From an uncultured Nitrosopumilales archaeon (GTDB lineage Archaea; Thermoproteota; Nitrososphaeria; Nitrososphaerales; Gagatemarchaeaceae), in the NCBI GenBank assembly GCA_964413565.1, contig CAYPSJ010000020.1, positions 2,947-66,946 on the forward strand: DNA of 64,000 bases, given 5' to 3'. This document shows, one piece after another, positions 46,308-57,020 of the stretch. Made by a program: the position numbers and the translations under genes. The notes under the pieces were generated by a model. That model was given only the letters and a program-made list of their open reading frames with translations, was not told where the DNA came from and searched no databases. Position 1 is the first letter of the stretch; every line of letters starts with the position of its first letter.

Positions 46308-46789
46308 TTGTACCGCGTCGGCTCCGCTCCCCTCTCCAATGTCAATCACCAATTCAGCGGCCTGTCTGAGAACTTGAGCGACGAGGGGGCGAGACCTAGG
46401 TCAAGGATCGAGTCCCTTTCCGACCTCGTTTTCGGTCCAGCGTTGTCCATAGGCGCCCTTGCGCTTGTGAGCAACCCGCCTGCGACAGACGGGAATTCTA
46501 CTATGACGTCTGGACCTTCGCCTTCAACTTCATGGTGTTGATTTCGATTTGGCTCAGATACACTAAGATCTCTGCCGTGCCTGTTTCTGGAAGAATCAAC
46601 GTGGGAGGAGTCGTGTTCTCCTGCCTATCGCTGCGATACCTCCTGTGGATACTTGCCCTAGTTTTCTCGTGGCTTAGAAGCGACATCAGGGAGTCTATTG
46701 GCTCTCCCCAGCACCAAGAAGTGCGCGGGACATTAGGCGCATCACTTAATTCCGTGCTCGCGGCGATTCGGAATCCATGCGACTGCTGA
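46308..46789 (+). pseudogene. possible frameshifted and shortened DUF1211/TMEM175-like membrane protein gene
   Basis: Frame A gives RIESLSDLVFGPALSIGALALV (compare the RLEAFSDGVFAIAITLLVLE hallmark). The hydrophobic continuation EFYYDVWTFAFNFMVLISIWLRY lies in the -1 frame (ORF 46532..46789). The junction is near the G run 46491..46493. Confidence 0.3.
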
Positions 46790-47784
46790 ATGTGGTCTCG
46801 TTTGGGGTGGGCGTGATAGGGAGCCTCACCGCGAAATTCATCTTGGAAGAGAAAAAGAAGCGGCTGAACCTCGTCGGGGCCTACGACATCGACCCTAGGA
46901 AGCTGGGCAAAGATCTGGGAGCAGTAATCGGGCTGGACCACACGACAGGCATCAGGGTCTCAGCCGACCTCGATAGAGTGCTGGCCGAAGACGTTGACGT
47001 TGCAATCCACACTACCTCAAGCTACCTCAAGGGCGCATATCCACAGATCGAATCTGTGGTCAGCCACGGCGTGGACGTCGTCTCCTCCTGCGAGGAGCTC
47101 TCCTATCCATACGTCGTCGATAGGCAACTCTCTGCCAGGCTGAATCTGTTGGCTAAGAAGCACGGCGCAACCGTCCTCGGGACTGGGATTAACCCTGGCT
47201 TCCTCATGGACGCCCTCCCCATCGCGCTCACCGCCCCTTGCGAGAGCATCAGAAGAATCAAGATTAGCCGAAGGATGAACGCGGCCACCAGGCGCATACC
47301 GTTCCAGAAGAAGGTGGGCGCGGGGCTGACTGAAGGAGAGTTTCAGTCTGCGATCAAGAATCATCAGATATCCGGCCACGTGGGCCTTGAGCAATCAGTT
47401 TCCATGCTCGCAGACGCCATTGGGTGGAAGCTCAACAGGGTGGAGATAGGAAGGGTGGAGCCCGTCATCGCGGAGAAAGCAACCAACGAGGGTTACATCA
47501 GAATCCCTGCTGGAAGAGTGGTGGGTGTGAAACAATCGGCCAGGGGTCTGGTTGGAGGAAGACCTCTGATCGAGCTGAACTTCGCCGCCTACGTGGGTTC
47601 CGAAGAAGAATATGACCAGGTCGAGATAGACGGGACTCCGCCGGTGAACTGCAGGATAAGCCCATGCGTCCATGGCGACCACGGCACGGTGGCGATGCTT
47701 GTCAACATGGTCCCGAAGGTGGTGAGCGCCCCGCCGGGGCTCCTAACCATGAAGGACATGCAACTGCCATCAGCGTTCCTCTAG
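46777..47784 (+). CDS. NAD(P)H-dependent amine dehydrogenase family protein (2,4-diaminopentanoate dehydrogenase / DapB-like fold)
   Basis: N-terminal Rossmann (VVSFGVGVIGS), then GATVLGTGINPGFLMDALP and HGDHGTVAMLVNMVP, which resemble the Ord/AmDH family. Confidence 0.55.
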   Translation: MRLLNVVSFGVGVIGSLTAKFILEEKKKRLNLVGAYDIDPRKLGKDLGAVIGLDHTTGIRVSADLDRVLAEDVDVAIHTTSSYLKGAYPQIESVVSHGVDVVSSCEELSYPYVVDRQLSARLNLLAKKHGATVLGTGINPGFLMDALPIALTAPCESIRRIKISRRMNAATRRIPFQKKVGAGLTEGEFQSAIKNHQISGHVGLEQSVSMLADAIGWKLNRVEIGRVEPVIAEKATNEGYIRIPAGRVVGVKQSARGLVGGRPLIELNFAAYVGSEEEYDQVEIDGTPPVNCRISPCVHGDHGTVAMLVNMVPKVVSAPPGLLTMKDMQLPSAFL

Positions 47785-47883
47785 CCAGGCGAACTCACGG
47801 AGCTTGGGATTCTGCCCTCCTGCGAAGGGTCTGAGACGCCTCAGGAGAAAGAGTAAACCGTGAACTGCGGACGGCCAGGGTAG

Positions 47884-48189
47884 ATGGTAGCATTCGTAGA
47901 GGTTCTTGGCCTGGCCGCAGGGTTTCTTGTCTCCCTCGGGCTAGTCCCGCAAATTCTGCGAATCTGGAGGCTCAGAGACGCTCAGGAGATCAGCCTGCCA
48001 TTCAACTTGCTCTCCCTCGGCGGCACCGCCCTCTGGCTGATGTACGGTCTTGTGCAGGGGTTGCTCTCGGTGATTCTATGGAACGGAGTGAACTGCGTTC
48101 TGTACCTAATCCTGTTATCGGTGAAACTGAGGTACGGAATGGGTAGCGGAGGTCCTTCGCACTCCACGGATTCGAATACCCAATCATGA
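47884..48189 (+). CDS. SemiSWEET / PQ-loop family transporter
   Basis: 101 aa, 3 TM, with a PQ motif in LGLVPQILRIWR. Confidence 0.6.
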   Translation: MVAFVEVLGLAAGFLVSLGLVPQILRIWRLRDAQEISLPFNLLSLGGTALWLMYGLVQGLLSVILWNGVNCVLYLILLSVKLRYGMGSGGPSHSTDSNTQS

Positions 48190-48235
48190 CGATGGGTTGC
48201 CATTCCTAATAACGAAAAGGGGAGGTCGCCGACGC

Positions 48236-48586
48236 CTACTTTCCGAGCTCCACGAGGTACCGCTTCACCCTGGCGGCAACGAGCACGTCAGCAGAATCCC
48301 CGCCCTTCTCATAGGCCTCCAGTGCTTTATTGCTGAGCGGCAGAGCCTGCTTGGCCTTCGATCTGTTGTCCGCCTGGGTCGCAAGGATGATTCTCACCGC
48401 TTCGATGTACCAGTTCCCTTCCTCCTGATAGTCCTCCATCCTGTGGTTGCATTCAGCAAGCCACCTGCAGTATTCGATTCTCGTCTGCGGCGGCTTCGAC
48501 TCGTCCTTCACTTCGAATTCCAGGGACGCGATGGCCCTCCCATACTCTCCATCATGGATCATTACCACTATCTCTTGCAGACTCAT
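48236..48586 (-). CDS. hypothetical helical protein
   Basis: 116-aa ORF of helical, TPR-like character. It was preferred over the overlapping plus-strand frame. Confidence 0.4.
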   Translation of the reverse strand: MSLQEIVVMIHDGEYGRAIASLEFEVKDESKPPQTRIEYCRWLAECNHRMEDYQEEGNWYIEAVRIILATQADNRSKAKQALPLSNKALEAYEKGGDSADVLVAARVKRYLVELGK

Positions 48587-48797
48587 ACGGATTCATCGAC
48601 CTTCCCGTGGAGCATAAGCGACGATGTTTCCAATACATGACTTTCGACTCAACAAGCAGTCTAGGGAATCAAAGCAGGACAAAAGGAAGCACAGCCCTAA
48701 TGGCCATAGACTGGAAGCGGGGCTTGAAAGGGACACGATTCTCAACATTAGGAATTGAAACAGGGTTTTTCCCCACGGTGCCCAGTCCGAGAATGCG

Positions 48798-49914
<1,117 letters not shown>

Positions 49915-49922
<8 letters not shown>

Positions 49923-50745
49923 GCAAGCCCTGCACGCCTTCATGCGAGGGACAGTCCGCGAGGTCACAAGAGAGACTCCCGACACCTTCACCCTGCTCTT
50001 CGATTTGGGGGAAAGACGAACCCCCGCTGATTTCATGCCGGGTCAGTTCAACATGCTCTACGTCTTCGGGGTGGGAGAGGTCCCTATCTCTGTCGCCTCC
50101 TCCCGCGGAGAGAAATTGTTGATGCACACCATCAGATCAGTGGGGACGGTCACCAACCTCTTGGCAAGGCTCAGCGTTGGGGAGAGTGTAGGTGTCAGGG
50201 GACCCTTCGGCAGAGGATGGCCCGTCACCGAGGCAGAGGGGAAACAGTTGCTGATTATCGCAGGTGGCCTGGGGCTTCCACCGCTGCGTCCCGTGATAGA
50301 AGAGGCGGTTGCGAAGCATGGCCGCTTCGCCGAGATGAAGGTAATGTACGGGGCGAGGACCCCATCGGACCTCATCTATACCCACGAGTATCCGAGGTGG
50401 CAGGCGGCGAACGGGTGCGACCTTCTCCTCACGGTCGACAGGGGGGACGGGGATTGGAGGGGCAACGTAGGCGTCGTTACAACTCTCTTCCCAAAGGCGG
50501 GGATTGACCCCGGGCGTGCCACCGCCTTCATCTGCGGCCCCGAGCTCATGCTCAAGTTCTCGATTATGGAGCTCGTGAAAATGGGGGTACCGGCCGAGAG
50601 GATTTTCATCTCTCTGGAGCGGAACATGAGCTGCGCTTCAGGCACCTGCGGCCACTGCCAGCTGGGGCCATTTTTCATCTGCAGGGACGGTCCCGTCTTC
50701 AGCTATCCGAAGATTAGGGATTTCTTCCCAAGGGAGGGGGTCTGA
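49915..50745 (+). CDS. hydG: sulfhydrogenase gamma subunit, FAD/NAD(P)-binding with C-terminal [2Fe-2S]
   Basis: [18 protein letters not shown] and [11 protein letters not shown] (ferredoxin-NADP reductase-like), then [26 protein letters not shown] 49915 is preceded by GGAGG at 49901; the alternative start is ATG 49942. Confidence 0.7.
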
Positions 50746-51512
50746 TGTCCAAGCCAAGACTGGGCGTGTTCAAGTTCTCATCCTGCGACGGATGCCAGCT
50801 CTCCATGCTCGACGCCGAGGACGAACTTCTCCAACTCCTTGACAGGGTCGAGCTGGCGGACTTCTTGGAGGCCAGCAGCGCATCGGCGGGGGCCCCCTAT
50901 GATGTCGCTCTGGTCGAGGGGTCCGTCTCTACCGAGGAGGAGGTCGAGAGAATAATCCGCATCAGGAAGGAATCCAAGATGCTCGTGGCCCTCGGCGCCT
51001 GCGCGACTTCGGGTGGCCTGCAGGCCCTTAGGAACTGGAGCAGGCTTGGCCTTTTCGAGTCGGCAGTCTACCCAGAGCCGAAGGTCGCCAGGGCCTTGGA
51101 GAAGGCGCTCCCCGTAAGCGACTTCGTAGCAGTAGACTTCGAGCTGAGGGGGTGCCCCGTAAGCAAGTCGCAGCTCCTGCAGTTTTTCGCTTCAATCCTG
51201 CGGGGCGCGAAACCGAGGCTCCCTACCAGCGCTGTCTGCTTCGAGTGCAAGAGGGCCGGGAACCCCTGCCTCGTAGTAGCCGGCGGGACACCCTGCCTCG
51301 GCCCGGTCACCGCTTCTGGGTGCGGCGCACTCTGCCCTTCCCGTGGCAGAGGATGCTACGGATGCTTCGGACCTTCGGACGACGCGAACTTGGATTCCTA
51401 CGCTTCGTGGCTGGCCGCCCACAAAGTCGACCGCTCGACCATAGGGCTCCTCCTCAGGGGCGCCAACTCACAGTCGCCCGAGTTTAGGAGGTGGATAGAG
51501 AAGAATGGCTAG
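50745..51512 (+). CDS. hydD: [NiFe]-hydrogenase small (delta) subunit
   Basis: VFKFSSCDGCQLS and GACATSGG, plus distal cluster cysteines. TGATG overlap with hydG. Confidence 0.75.
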   Translation: MSKPRLGVFKFSSCDGCQLSMLDAEDELLQLLDRVELADFLEASSASAGAPYDVALVEGSVSTEEEVERIIRIRKESKMLVALGACATSGGLQALRNWSRLGLFESAVYPEPKVARALEKALPVSDFVAVDFELRGCPVSKSQLLQFFASILRGAKPRLPTSAVCFECKRAGNPCLVVAGGTPCLGPVTASGCGALCPSRGRGCYGCFGPSDDANLDSYASWLAAHKVDRSTIGLLLRGANSQSPEFRRWIEKNG

Positions 51513-52797
51513 GCGAGTCGTGGTGGACACGGGTCCCATGGCTAGGGTGGAGGGGGAAGGGTCGCTTTCCATCGTAGAGACGGATACTGGGGTGCCTGAG
51601 GTCAAGCTGAATATATTCGAGCCTCCACGGTTCTTCGAGGCTCTCCTCAGGGGCAGACGGGCGGAAGAGGTCCCCGACATCGTCGCGAGAATTTGCGGCA
51701 TCTGCCCAGTCGCCTACCAGATCAGCTCACTGAATGCCTTCGAGGATCTCTTCGGAGCAGAGGTCGACGAGCAGGTAAGGAAGCTCAGAAGAATTCTGTA
51801 CTACGGGGAGTGGATCGAAAGCCACACGCTACACATCTTCATGCTCGCCGCGCCCGATTTCGCGGGAGTCCCCGACGCAGTTGCGTTGGCCAAGAGCGAC
51901 CCCGCGTTAGTGAGAGAGGCACTCACCCTCAAGAAATTGGGCAACAGTCTCATGTCGGCCGTCGGGGGGAGGGAGATCCATCCAGTGTCGCTCAAGATAG
52001 GAGGGATCTACAGAGCGCCTTCGAAGGAGGCCCTAGCATCCCTCTTGCCGGAGCTGGACAGGCTAAGGGGCGCCGTCCAGAAGATGGTCGACTTCATCTC
52101 ATCCCTCGAAAGGCCGTCTCTGGAAAGGGAGTCCACTCTGGTCTGTCTCCGCGACCCGGCACGCTATGCCATCGATCGAGGGGAAATAGTTTCCAACCGA
52201 GGGCTTCGGCTGCCGCCCTCGGCCTTCGAAGAGAACTTCGAGGAATACCAGGTCGAGTACTCTAACGCGCTGCATTCGCGCACCAGGGGTGGGGGTTCCT
52301 ACATGGTAGGACCTCTAGCGAGGTTCAGCCTGAACTACGAACAGCTCAATCCTGCCGCCAGGGCTTTGGCCAAGGAGATTGGGATGAAGCCCCCGCTGAA
52401 GGACCCGTTCCAGAGCATACTCGTCAGGGCCCTCGAGATAGTGCACGCGCTGGAGGAGACGGCGAGAGAGGTGAAGGAGTACGAAGAGCCTGTCCGCCCC
52501 AGTGTCCCATACAAGGCGAAGGCTGGTACCTGCTACGGTGTCAGCGAAGCTCCCAGGGGCATACTCTACCACAGCTACACGGTCAACGGCAGGGGCCAGA
52601 TTGAAAGGGCCAAAATCGTTCCACCCACCGCCCAGAACCAGGCACGGATGGAGGACGACGTCAGGCTTCTGGCCCCCCGCATATTGAAATCAGGTGCCGG
52701 CGAAGCCAGGAGGCTCAGCGAGATGGCAATTCGCAACTACGACCCCTGTATATCCTGTGCGACACATTTCCTGAGACTGGACATCAGAAGAGCCTAG
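51505..52797 (+). CDS. hydA: [NiFe]-hydrogenase large (alpha) subunit
   Basis: N-terminal RICGICPVAY and C-terminal DPCISCATH Ni-Fe ligand motifs. 8-nt overlap with hydD. Confidence 0.8.
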   Translation: MARRVVVDTGPMARVEGEGSLSIVETDTGVPEVKLNIFEPPRFFEALLRGRRAEEVPDIVARICGICPVAYQISSLNAFEDLFGAEVDEQVRKLRRILYYGEWIESHTLHIFMLAAPDFAGVPDAVALAKSDPALVREALTLKKLGNSLMSAVGGREIHPVSLKIGGIYRAPSKEALASLLPELDRLRGAVQKMVDFISSLERPSLERESTLVCLRDPARYAIDRGEIVSNRGLRLPPSAFEENFEEYQVEYSNALHSRTRGGGSYMVGPLARFSLNYEQLNPAARALAKEIGMKPPLKDPFQSILVRALEIVHALEETAREVKEYEEPVRPSVPYKAKAGTCYGVSEAPRGILYHSYTVNGRGQIERAKIVPPTAQNQARMEDDVRLLAPRILKSGAGEARRLSEMAIRNYDPCISCATHFLRLDIRRA

Positions 52798-52805
52798 CAG
52801 GGCTC

Positions 52806-53345
52806 TCATTTCCCCTTTCCCGCGTACTCTTTCACCTCCTCCTTGACTTCTTCTAGCACGTGCGGAAGGGCTCCTGCGACCTCAGCCGACAGGCCGTTTC
52901 CGGCGGTGCAATCTGCCGGCTCAACGCCGACTACGACAGTCGCAGGTAGGCGCATCCCGGTTTTTCTTGCAAGAGCGAGGATGTCGTGGAAATTCTGCTC
53001 GTGAGACAGGGGAGCGTGAAGAACTGCAGACCGGCGCGCGCCCGCAATGAACCTCACCACACTACCAGGCGGTCTACCTGATTTCACAGCATCCACAATG
53101 ACCAGCTTCGACGCTCCCTTCGCAGAATCGAGGACCGAGATATCCACGGTCTGACGCTCAAGGACTAGTACCCCCGACCCCAGATTGAGCTTCCTCAGAG
53201 CCTTCGCCACTTCGATGCCGAAACCGTCATCTCCCATGAGGGGGTTTCCCACGCCGATCACGACGCATTCTCTTCTCTGGGCTTCCCCTACTCTTCCGCC
53301 CTGCTTACGAAGGCGGCTGTTTTCATTGGCAGCTTCCGCGGACAT
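52806..53345 (-). CDS. hydrogenase maturation endopeptidase (HycI/HoxW family)
   Basis: VVIGVGNPLMGDDGFGIEV and VIVDAV. It converges on the hydrogenase operon. Confidence 0.75.
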   Translation of the reverse strand: MSAEAANENSRLRKQGGRVGEAQRRECVVIGVGNPLMGDDGFGIEVAKALRKLNLGSGVLVLERQTVDISVLDSAKGASKLVIVDAVKSGRPPGSVVRFIAGARRSAVLHAPLSHEQNFHDILALARKTGMRLPATVVVGVEPADCTAGNGLSAEVAGALPHVLEEVKEEVKEYAGKGK

Positions 53346-53358
53346 GGACCGCAGTCCT

Positions 53359-53865
53359 TCAGCCGTAGGCCGGGTATCTGAGCCTCAAGAGTCGGCGCAT
53401 CTCTGATGCGAGCTTGGCGTCTACTTCTCTCTGCCTATCGGAAAGACTCACGCTTCCGGGGCCCGTAATCACCAGGGGCCCTTCGGCGTAGCTTCCGCCT
53501 TTCTCAGGGACAACAGGCTCGGACCTTAGCACTGACAGAAGGCGCCTCCGTAGGGGACCGCTCTGAATCTCGGTCTCCCCTCCCATCAACTGCAGAGCGA
53601 GCTCAGGGGGGAGACCTCGGTAGCCATAGGGAAATGGACCCTGGGGTCTCCTGTGAAGGGAATCGGCGGGCGAGCCAATAACCATGGGGGTAGGCTTGAA
53701 TAGCGAGTCTATCTTCAGCATCCAAGCGCCGTCAGGTCCCGCTACGGTGGCGTCAAAGAATCCTGAACTCGTGGACGGTGAAACTGTGAAGCTCCATCCC
53801 TTCGGGTCCCTGGCGTAGCTTTCCAGCATCCGGCGCTTCAGCTCGCTACCCTCAAGGATCTCCAT
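53359..53865 (-). CDS. hypothetical protein
   Basis: 168-aa ORF lying 13 nt upstream of the protease gene on the same strand. Confidence 0.4.
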   Translation of the reverse strand: MEILEGSELKRRMLESYARDPKGWSFTVSPSTSSGFFDATVAGPDGAWMLKIDSLFKPTPMVIGSPADSLHRRPQGPFPYGYRGLPPELALQLMGGETEIQSGPLRRRLLSVLRSEPVVPEKGGSYAEGPLVITGPGSVSLSDRQREVDAKLASEMRRLLRLRYPAYG

Positions 53866-53921
53866 GTCCGTTCGAGCCTCACCCTCTTAGCGTATAAACG
53901 CGTTAAACTGTCGCCAAGCCC

Positions 53922-54362
53922 GTGCCAGTTTTCACCAAGCACCTCGAACTTCGCACGGAAGCAGAAAACGACATCGTTGACATAACAGGGGTGGTGCAGC
54001 AGGCAATCGAAGAGAGCAGGCTCGATACCGGAGTGGTGGTAGTCTTCGTTCCTGGCTCCACCGCAGCCATCACCACCATCGAGTTCGAGCCTGGGCTCGT
54101 CAAGGACTTTCCAGGGATGCTTGAGAGGGTTGCGCCCAAGGACATCGACTATGAGCACCAGCAGGCGTGGCACGACGACAACGGAAGGTCACATGTCAAG
54201 GCGTCGCTCGTAGGTCCAAGCCTTTCCGTCCCTTTCGAAGGGGGCACCCTCACCCTCGGTACATGGCAGCAAATCGTGTTCGTGGAGTTAGACATCAGGT
54301 CGAGGCGGCGCGAGGTCGTCGTCCAGGTGATGGGAGAAGCCGAAACAGAGTCAAGAACCTAA
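53922..54362 (+). CDS. yjbQ: YjbQ/UPF0047 family (secondary thiamine-phosphate synthase) protein
   Basis: DITGVV...VVVFVPGSTAAITTIEFEPG...DNGRSHVKASLVGPS...LTLGTWQQIVFVELD. Confidence 0.8.
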   Translation: MPVFTKHLELRTEAENDIVDITGVVQQAIEESRLDTGVVVVFVPGSTAAITTIEFEPGLVKDFPGMLERVAPKDIDYEHQQAWHDDNGRSHVKASLVGPSLSVPFEGGTLTLGTWQQIVFVELDIRSRRREVVVQVMGEAETESRT

Positions 54363-54369
54363 CCGGCGT

Positions 54370-55512
54370 TCAGCGCGGAAGCCCCTCGACGAAGTCGCCA
54401 AGCAGGCCCATACCTTCCTTTATGATCTCCCTGGGTGCGGCGAACGAAATCCTCAGATGCTTCTCTCCCGCAGGACCAAAAATGCTCCCCGGGAGCACGG
54501 CTACCCCCCTCGAATCGAGAAGCTTCCTGCTGAACTCCAGCGAGCTGATCTTGGCGTCGTACTTCGGAAAGGCGTAGAAGGCGCCCTCGGCACGCGCGAA
54601 CTCGAGGCGAGGGATTCTCTTCATCATCCGTTCCATAAGCTCCCTCCTCCCGAGAAGCTCCTCCCTGAACCGGCGGGTGCTGTTGCCCCCCTCGCGAAGT
54701 GCGTAGGCAGAAGCGCGCTGAATGAAGGGTGGGAAGCAGCTCAGAGTGTGTTCGATGAACCTGTCAAGGAGGCGCATGACCGTCTCGTCTGCCACGACGT
54801 ACCCAGCTCGCCACCCCGTCATCGCGAAGCTCTTGGAAAGGCTGAAGACGGAAATCACCGACGAAGGCTCTTGCTCCAAGGAGCCCATGGATACATGCTC
54901 CTTCTCGTAGACGAGGTCTTCATACGACTCGTCGCTTATCACATAGAAATTCCTCTCTCTGCTGAAATCGAGCAGCGCCTTCAGCTCTCGCCTGGAGAGC
55001 ATTTTCCCGGTGGGGTTCGAAGGAGTGTTCACGATTATCGCTCTTGTCTTCTTCGTAGTCCGCTTCCTGACCTCATCAACATCAAGGGAGTAGTCTCCTG
55101 CCAGGTCATACCAGATGGGCTTCGCTCCTGAAAGTACGACGGGCTGAGAGTAGAAGTAGCCTGGGTTGGGTATGAGCACCTCCCCTCCACCGTCTGTAGT
55201 GGCGACGATTGAAGCGTAGACGGCGAGCTTGGTCGAGATGAACATCGTGTTTGGGATTTCGGCGTTGATTCGATTGCGCTTTCTCACCTTGTCCCTGATC
55301 GCCATCCTGACTTCAGGGATTCCATACGATGAGACGTAGTGGGTGTCTCCCGCGTCCATGGACTCCCTGGCCTTCTCGATTATCGCCCTGGGAGTCGAAA
55401 ACGAAGGTTCGCCGATGGCCAAAGGGTAGACCTTCACTCCTCTGGAAGCCATCTCGTTCACCTTTCCGAAGATGCCATAGGAAACCGAGTCCCCGATATC
55501 CCTCAGGGGCAA
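54370..55512 (-). CDS. class I/II PLP-dependent aminotransferase (aspartate/aromatic type)
   Basis: LAIGEPSF, NTPSNPTG, SLSKSFAMTGWRAGY. Start is proposed at TTG 55512 (xPLRDIGDSVSYGIF), about 27 nt downstream of a minus-strand TTAAAT. The ORF-track start at 55701 would overlap the divergent gene. Confidence 0.8.
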   Translation of the reverse strand: MPLRDIGDSVSYGIFGKVNEMASRGVKVYPLAIGEPSFSTPRAIIEKARESMDAGDTHYVSSYGIPEVRMAIRDKVRKRNRINAEIPNTMFISTKLAVYASIVATTDGGGEVLIPNPGYFYSQPVVLSGAKPIWYDLAGDYSLDVDEVRKRTTKKTRAIIVNTPSNPTGKMLSRRELKALLDFSRERNFYVISDESYEDLVYEKEHVSMGSLEQEPSSVISVFSLSKSFAMTGWRAGYVVADETVMRLLDRFIEHTLSCFPPFIQRASAYALREGGNSTRRFREELLGRRELMERMMKRIPRLEFARAEGAFYAFPKYDAKISSLEFSRKLLDSRGVAVLPGSIFGPAGEKHLRISFAAPREIIKEGMGLLGDFVEGLPR

Positions 55513-55592
55513 ACGCCCCTCTGATGCCCGGATTCGATTTAAGCCTTGAATGCTGCTACAACCCTTTTTACCGCAACCGGTCCCGGCACACC

Positions 55593-56426
55593 GTGAAGCT
55601 CGTCCGTTTCTCCTTTCCTGATGGACGGGAAGCGTTCGGGGTATACTCAGATGGCAGAGTATCCGACCTCTCTCCAACTTACGCAAGTTTCTCCGACGCA
55701 ATCGCTGACTTGGCGAACCTGAAGGCCAGGCCTCCGACCGGCGACGTGGATGTGGACGACACCAACCTCATGGCTCCTGCCGACAGGAGCTCGAAGATTC
55801 TCTGCATGGCCGTAAATTATCACAGTCATATCGAGGAAATGCAATCGGAGCAGACCAGGGAGCCAGTGCTATTCACCAAGTTCTACCAGAGCCTGACGGG
55901 ACCATACAGTCCCATACCTCATTTCATTCACAGCCAGATAATGGACTACGAGGGGGAGATAGCAGTCGTGATTGGCAGCAGGGGACGAAACGTCTCGCGC
56001 GGGGACGCGTGGAAGTATGTCGCAGGATACACCCTGCTCAACGACGTCTCAGCCCGCAGCCTCTTTCGAGTGCCTCAGGGCAGTGGGGTTATGCTCGACT
56101 GGTTCTCCTGCAAGGCCAACGATCGCGCCACCCCAGTCGGTCCGTGGATTGTGACCTGCGACGAAGCAGGAGAGTTCTCGAAGCTTCGGATTGAGACGTA
56201 CCTGAACGGCGACAGGGTCCAGTCTCAGAGCGTCTCCGACATGGTCTTCGATGTGCCGGAGATCATCGAGCACGTCACAAGCAGATTGACGCTGGACCCA
56301 GGAGACATCATCTCAACGGGCACCCCCGCCGGGGTGGGAGTTGCCCGCAAGAGGACCCTGCGGGAGGGAGACATCATCCGGGTTCAGGCCGAAGGCATCG
56401 GGCACATCGAAAACCAAGTACTCTAG
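55593..56426 (+). CDS. fumarylacetoacetate hydrolase (FAH) family protein
   Basis: Start at GTG 55593 (VKLVRFSF), about 25 nt downstream of TTTTTA. Motifs: NYHSH, DYEGEIAVVIG, GYTLLNDVSAR, GDIISTGTPAGVG. Confidence 0.8.
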   Translation: MKLVRFSFPDGREAFGVYSDGRVSDLSPTYASFSDAIADLANLKARPPTGDVDVDDTNLMAPADRSSKILCMAVNYHSHIEEMQSEQTREPVLFTKFYQSLTGPYSPIPHFIHSQIMDYEGEIAVVIGSRGRNVSRGDAWKYVAGYTLLNDVSARSLFRVPQGSGVMLDWFSCKANDRATPVGPWIVTCDEAGEFSKLRIETYLNGDRVQSQSVSDMVFDVPEIIEHVTSRLTLDPGDIISTGTPAGVGVARKRTLREGDIIRVQAEGIGHIENQVL

Positions 56427-56498
56427 GAGAGGACGCCTGCCAGCCGAGCGAGCCCGGCTACCACAAACCTAATCATGTGCGTCAAGTTCGCGGCTCAC

Positions 56499-57014
56499 AT
56501 GGACACCTACGAAGCAATTGTCACCAAGCTGGACGTGCGCGACTTCGCCGACAAGCGCGTCGACGCCAAGACGAAGACGAAGATACTTCATGCCGCTAGG
56601 TTCACGGGCTCATCGATGAACACTCAGCACTGGCGATTCATCCTCGTTCAGGACAAGAAGAACCTAGCCACCCTGGCACAGGACAGCACCACCGGGCCCT
56701 GGGTGAGAGACGCGGACTTCGCCATAATTATCAACATAGACCCCAAGGTTCCCGGCTCGACCGTCGACGGCGGGAGGGTACTTCAGGATATGGAACTGGC
56801 GGCGTGGAACTTTGGAGTCGTCTCCCGCCTCTTTACTGGGTTCAAAGAGCCGGAGCTCCGGCGCGACTTCGGGATCCCGCAGGAACTGAAGCCCGTCGCG
56901 GCGCTAGGGTTCGGCTATCCCATCAAGGCGATCAAGGGAAAGAAGAACAGGAAACCCCTCGAAGAGCTCGTCTCTCTAGAGAGATACGGGAGCCCTTACC
57001 ACCCCGCGGAGTAA
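56499..57014 (+). CDS. nitroreductase family protein
   Basis: ILHAARFTGSSMNTQHWRFILV, and C-terminal ALGFGYP. Confidence 0.7.
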   Translation: MDTYEAIVTKLDVRDFADKRVDAKTKTKILHAARFTGSSMNTQHWRFILVQDKKNLATLAQDSTTGPWVRDADFAIIINIDPKVPGSTVDGGRVLQDMELAAWNFGVVSRLFTGFKEPELRRDFGIPQELKPVAALGFGYPIKAIKGKKNRKPLEELVSLERYGSPYHPAE

Positions 57015-57020
57015 GCCCGA

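Noticed and set aside
55513-55701. Upstream extension of the aspartate-type aminotransferase ORF
   Set aside because: It would run through the divergent FAH-family gene start and the shared promoter. The translation (MRRRNLRKLERGRILCHL...) has no family similarity.
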